A stretch of 63,844 nucleotides of DNA, filler included, from Octopus bimaculoides (lineage: Eukaryota), in NCBI RefSeq assembly GCF_001194135.2. It is 6 parts of 6 records of this genome, joined end to end, with 100 filler letters (N's around TTAATTAATTAA, not from the genome) between each part and the next. Parts side by side here need not be neighbours in the genome. Positions count along the whole stretch, not along the records: positions 61,644 to 63,844 come from NW_026405325.1; 5 more parts are not named here. One strand, 5' to 3'. The notes under the pieces are model-generated. The model had not been told where the DNA came from. It saw nothing but the letters and a program-made list of their open reading frames with translations, and ran no database searches. This document shows positions 62,430 through 63,844 of this stretch, piece after piece. Made by a program: the position numbers and the translations under genes. Each line of letters begins with the position of its first letter. Position 1 is the stretch's first letter.

Positions 62430-63487
62430 TTTATACATAAATATAATTCTAATTTTGCCATTGATCTCTTTATCTTTTTCTTTCTTTATACATACATNNN
62501 NNNNNNNNNNNNNNNNNNNNNNNNNNNNNNNNNNNNNNNNNNNNNNNNNNNNNNNNNNNNNNNNNNNNNNNNNNNNNNNNNNNNNNNNNNNNNNNNNNNN
62601 NNNNNNNNNNNNNNNNNNNNNNNNNNNNNNNNNNNNNNNNNNNNNNNNNNNNNNNNNNNNNNNNNNNNNNNNNNNNNNNNNNNNNNNNNNNNNNNNNNNN
62701 NNNNNNNNNNNNNNNNNNNNNNNNNNNNNNNNNNNNNNNNNNNNNNNNNNNNNNNNNNNNNNNNNNNNNNNNNNNNNNNNNNNNNNNNNNNNNNNNNNNN
62801 NNNNNNNNNNNNNNNNNNNNNNNNNNNNNNNNNNNNNNNNNNNNNNNNNNNNNNNNNNNNNNNNNNNNNNNNNNNNNNNNNNNNNNNNNNNNNNNNNNNN
62901 NNNNNNNNNNNNNNNNNNNNNNNNNNNNNNNNNNNNNNNNNNNNNNNNNNNNNNNNNNNNNNNNNNNNNNNNNNNNNNNNNNNNNNNNNNNNNNNNNNNN
63001 NNNNNNNNNNNNNNNNNNNNNNNNNNNNNNNNNNNNNNNNNNNNNNNNNNNNNNNNNNNNNNNNNNNNNNNNNNNNNNNNNNNNNNNNNNNNNNNNNNNN
63101 NNNNNNNNNNNNNNNNNNNNNNNNNNNNNNNNNNNNNNNNNNNNNNNNNNNNNNNNNNNNNNNNNNNNNNNNNNNNNNNNNNNNNNNNNNNNNNNNNNNN
63201 NNNNNNNNNNNNNNNNNNNNNNNNNNNNNNNNNNNNNNNNNNNNNNNNNNNNNNNNNNNNNNNNNNNNNNNNNNNNNNNNNNNNNNNNNNNNNNNNNNNN
63301 NNNNNNNNNNNNNNNNNNNNNNNNNNNNNNNNNNNNNNNNNNNNNNNNNTTTTACTCACAAGGTATTGGAATCTTATATGTATACCATTCTGCCTAAACA
63401 ATGGATTTATAAATACAATATCCCTGCATTCACTTTCTATTTCCTATCTTATCTAAATTAACTATTACTTAAGCATCCTCTCGCACC

Positions 63488-63535
63488 GTCTCCGATAAAG
63501 GGATATAATAAATATCCTGGAAACAGCTATAAGAC
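63488..63535 (+). ncRNA. Second, more degenerate type I hammerhead motif
   Basis: GTCT-CCGATAA-AGGGATAT/ATATCCTG-GAAAC-AGCT-ATA-AGAC; same scaffold with additional G8A and GTA>ATA changes. Confidence 0.7.
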
Positions 63536-63844
63536 TTCCTATTTATAAATGTTCTATAATGTACACAGCCTTGGTTTTTCATCTCATTACGAAAAATAAA
63601 TCCTTCTATATATATATATAAGATAATAAGAGTGAAAAAACTACAGAAGGCTTGTGTTACATGGTTAAAGTATATATTTAAATTATGTCACAAAGATGTT
63701 ATAAAATGTTTTGGTATATAAACATTGTATTTGGAGAAATAACCGGTTTCGTGTTATCTTTTCAAATTTCTCTACTTCATCGTAACATGTGTTCACATCT
63801 TTCTGACATAATTTAAATATATACTTTAACCATGTAACACAAGC

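Noticed and set aside
63735-63790. Minus-strand ACGATGA...GAAACCGGTT hammerhead-like motif
   Set aside because: Palindromic stem III is present but stems I and II do not pair; possible relic, not supportable.

Overview
AT-rich eukaryotic DNA, saturated with microsatellites and broken by assembly gaps. The repeat families and overall style look like an octopod cephalopod (Octopus-like); this is an inference, not a database result. The only host gene I can support is the 5' part of a PTGR1-like gene (prostaglandin reductase 1, NADP-dependent MDR family) on the minus strand. It has four coding exons (6815-6923, 3869-3914, 3180-3236, 2285-2449) with GT-AG junctions that splice in frame to 125 codons; the rest lies left of the window. 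The remaining ~57 kb is mostly decayed mobile DNA: several tRNA-derived SINE families, RTE and CR1-like LINE fragments, Tc1/mariner relics (one with DD36E spacing), piggyBac/hAT/Tigger-type MITEs, minisatellites and foldbacks. Nearly all long ORFs in the supplied track are microsatellite or N-gap artefacts. The most interesting observations are: (1) two minimal type I hammerhead-ribozyme folds (62381-62429, 63488-63535) with a palindromic stem III and a shared CCGA core variant, probably Penelope-like or retrozyme relics; (2) a DD36E (Incomer-like) Tc1 transposase; (3) a ~740 bp foldback; (4) SINE copies that record a gene-body methylation boundary through CpG decay; (5) an orphan terminal-exon-like segment at 38.3-38.7 kb.
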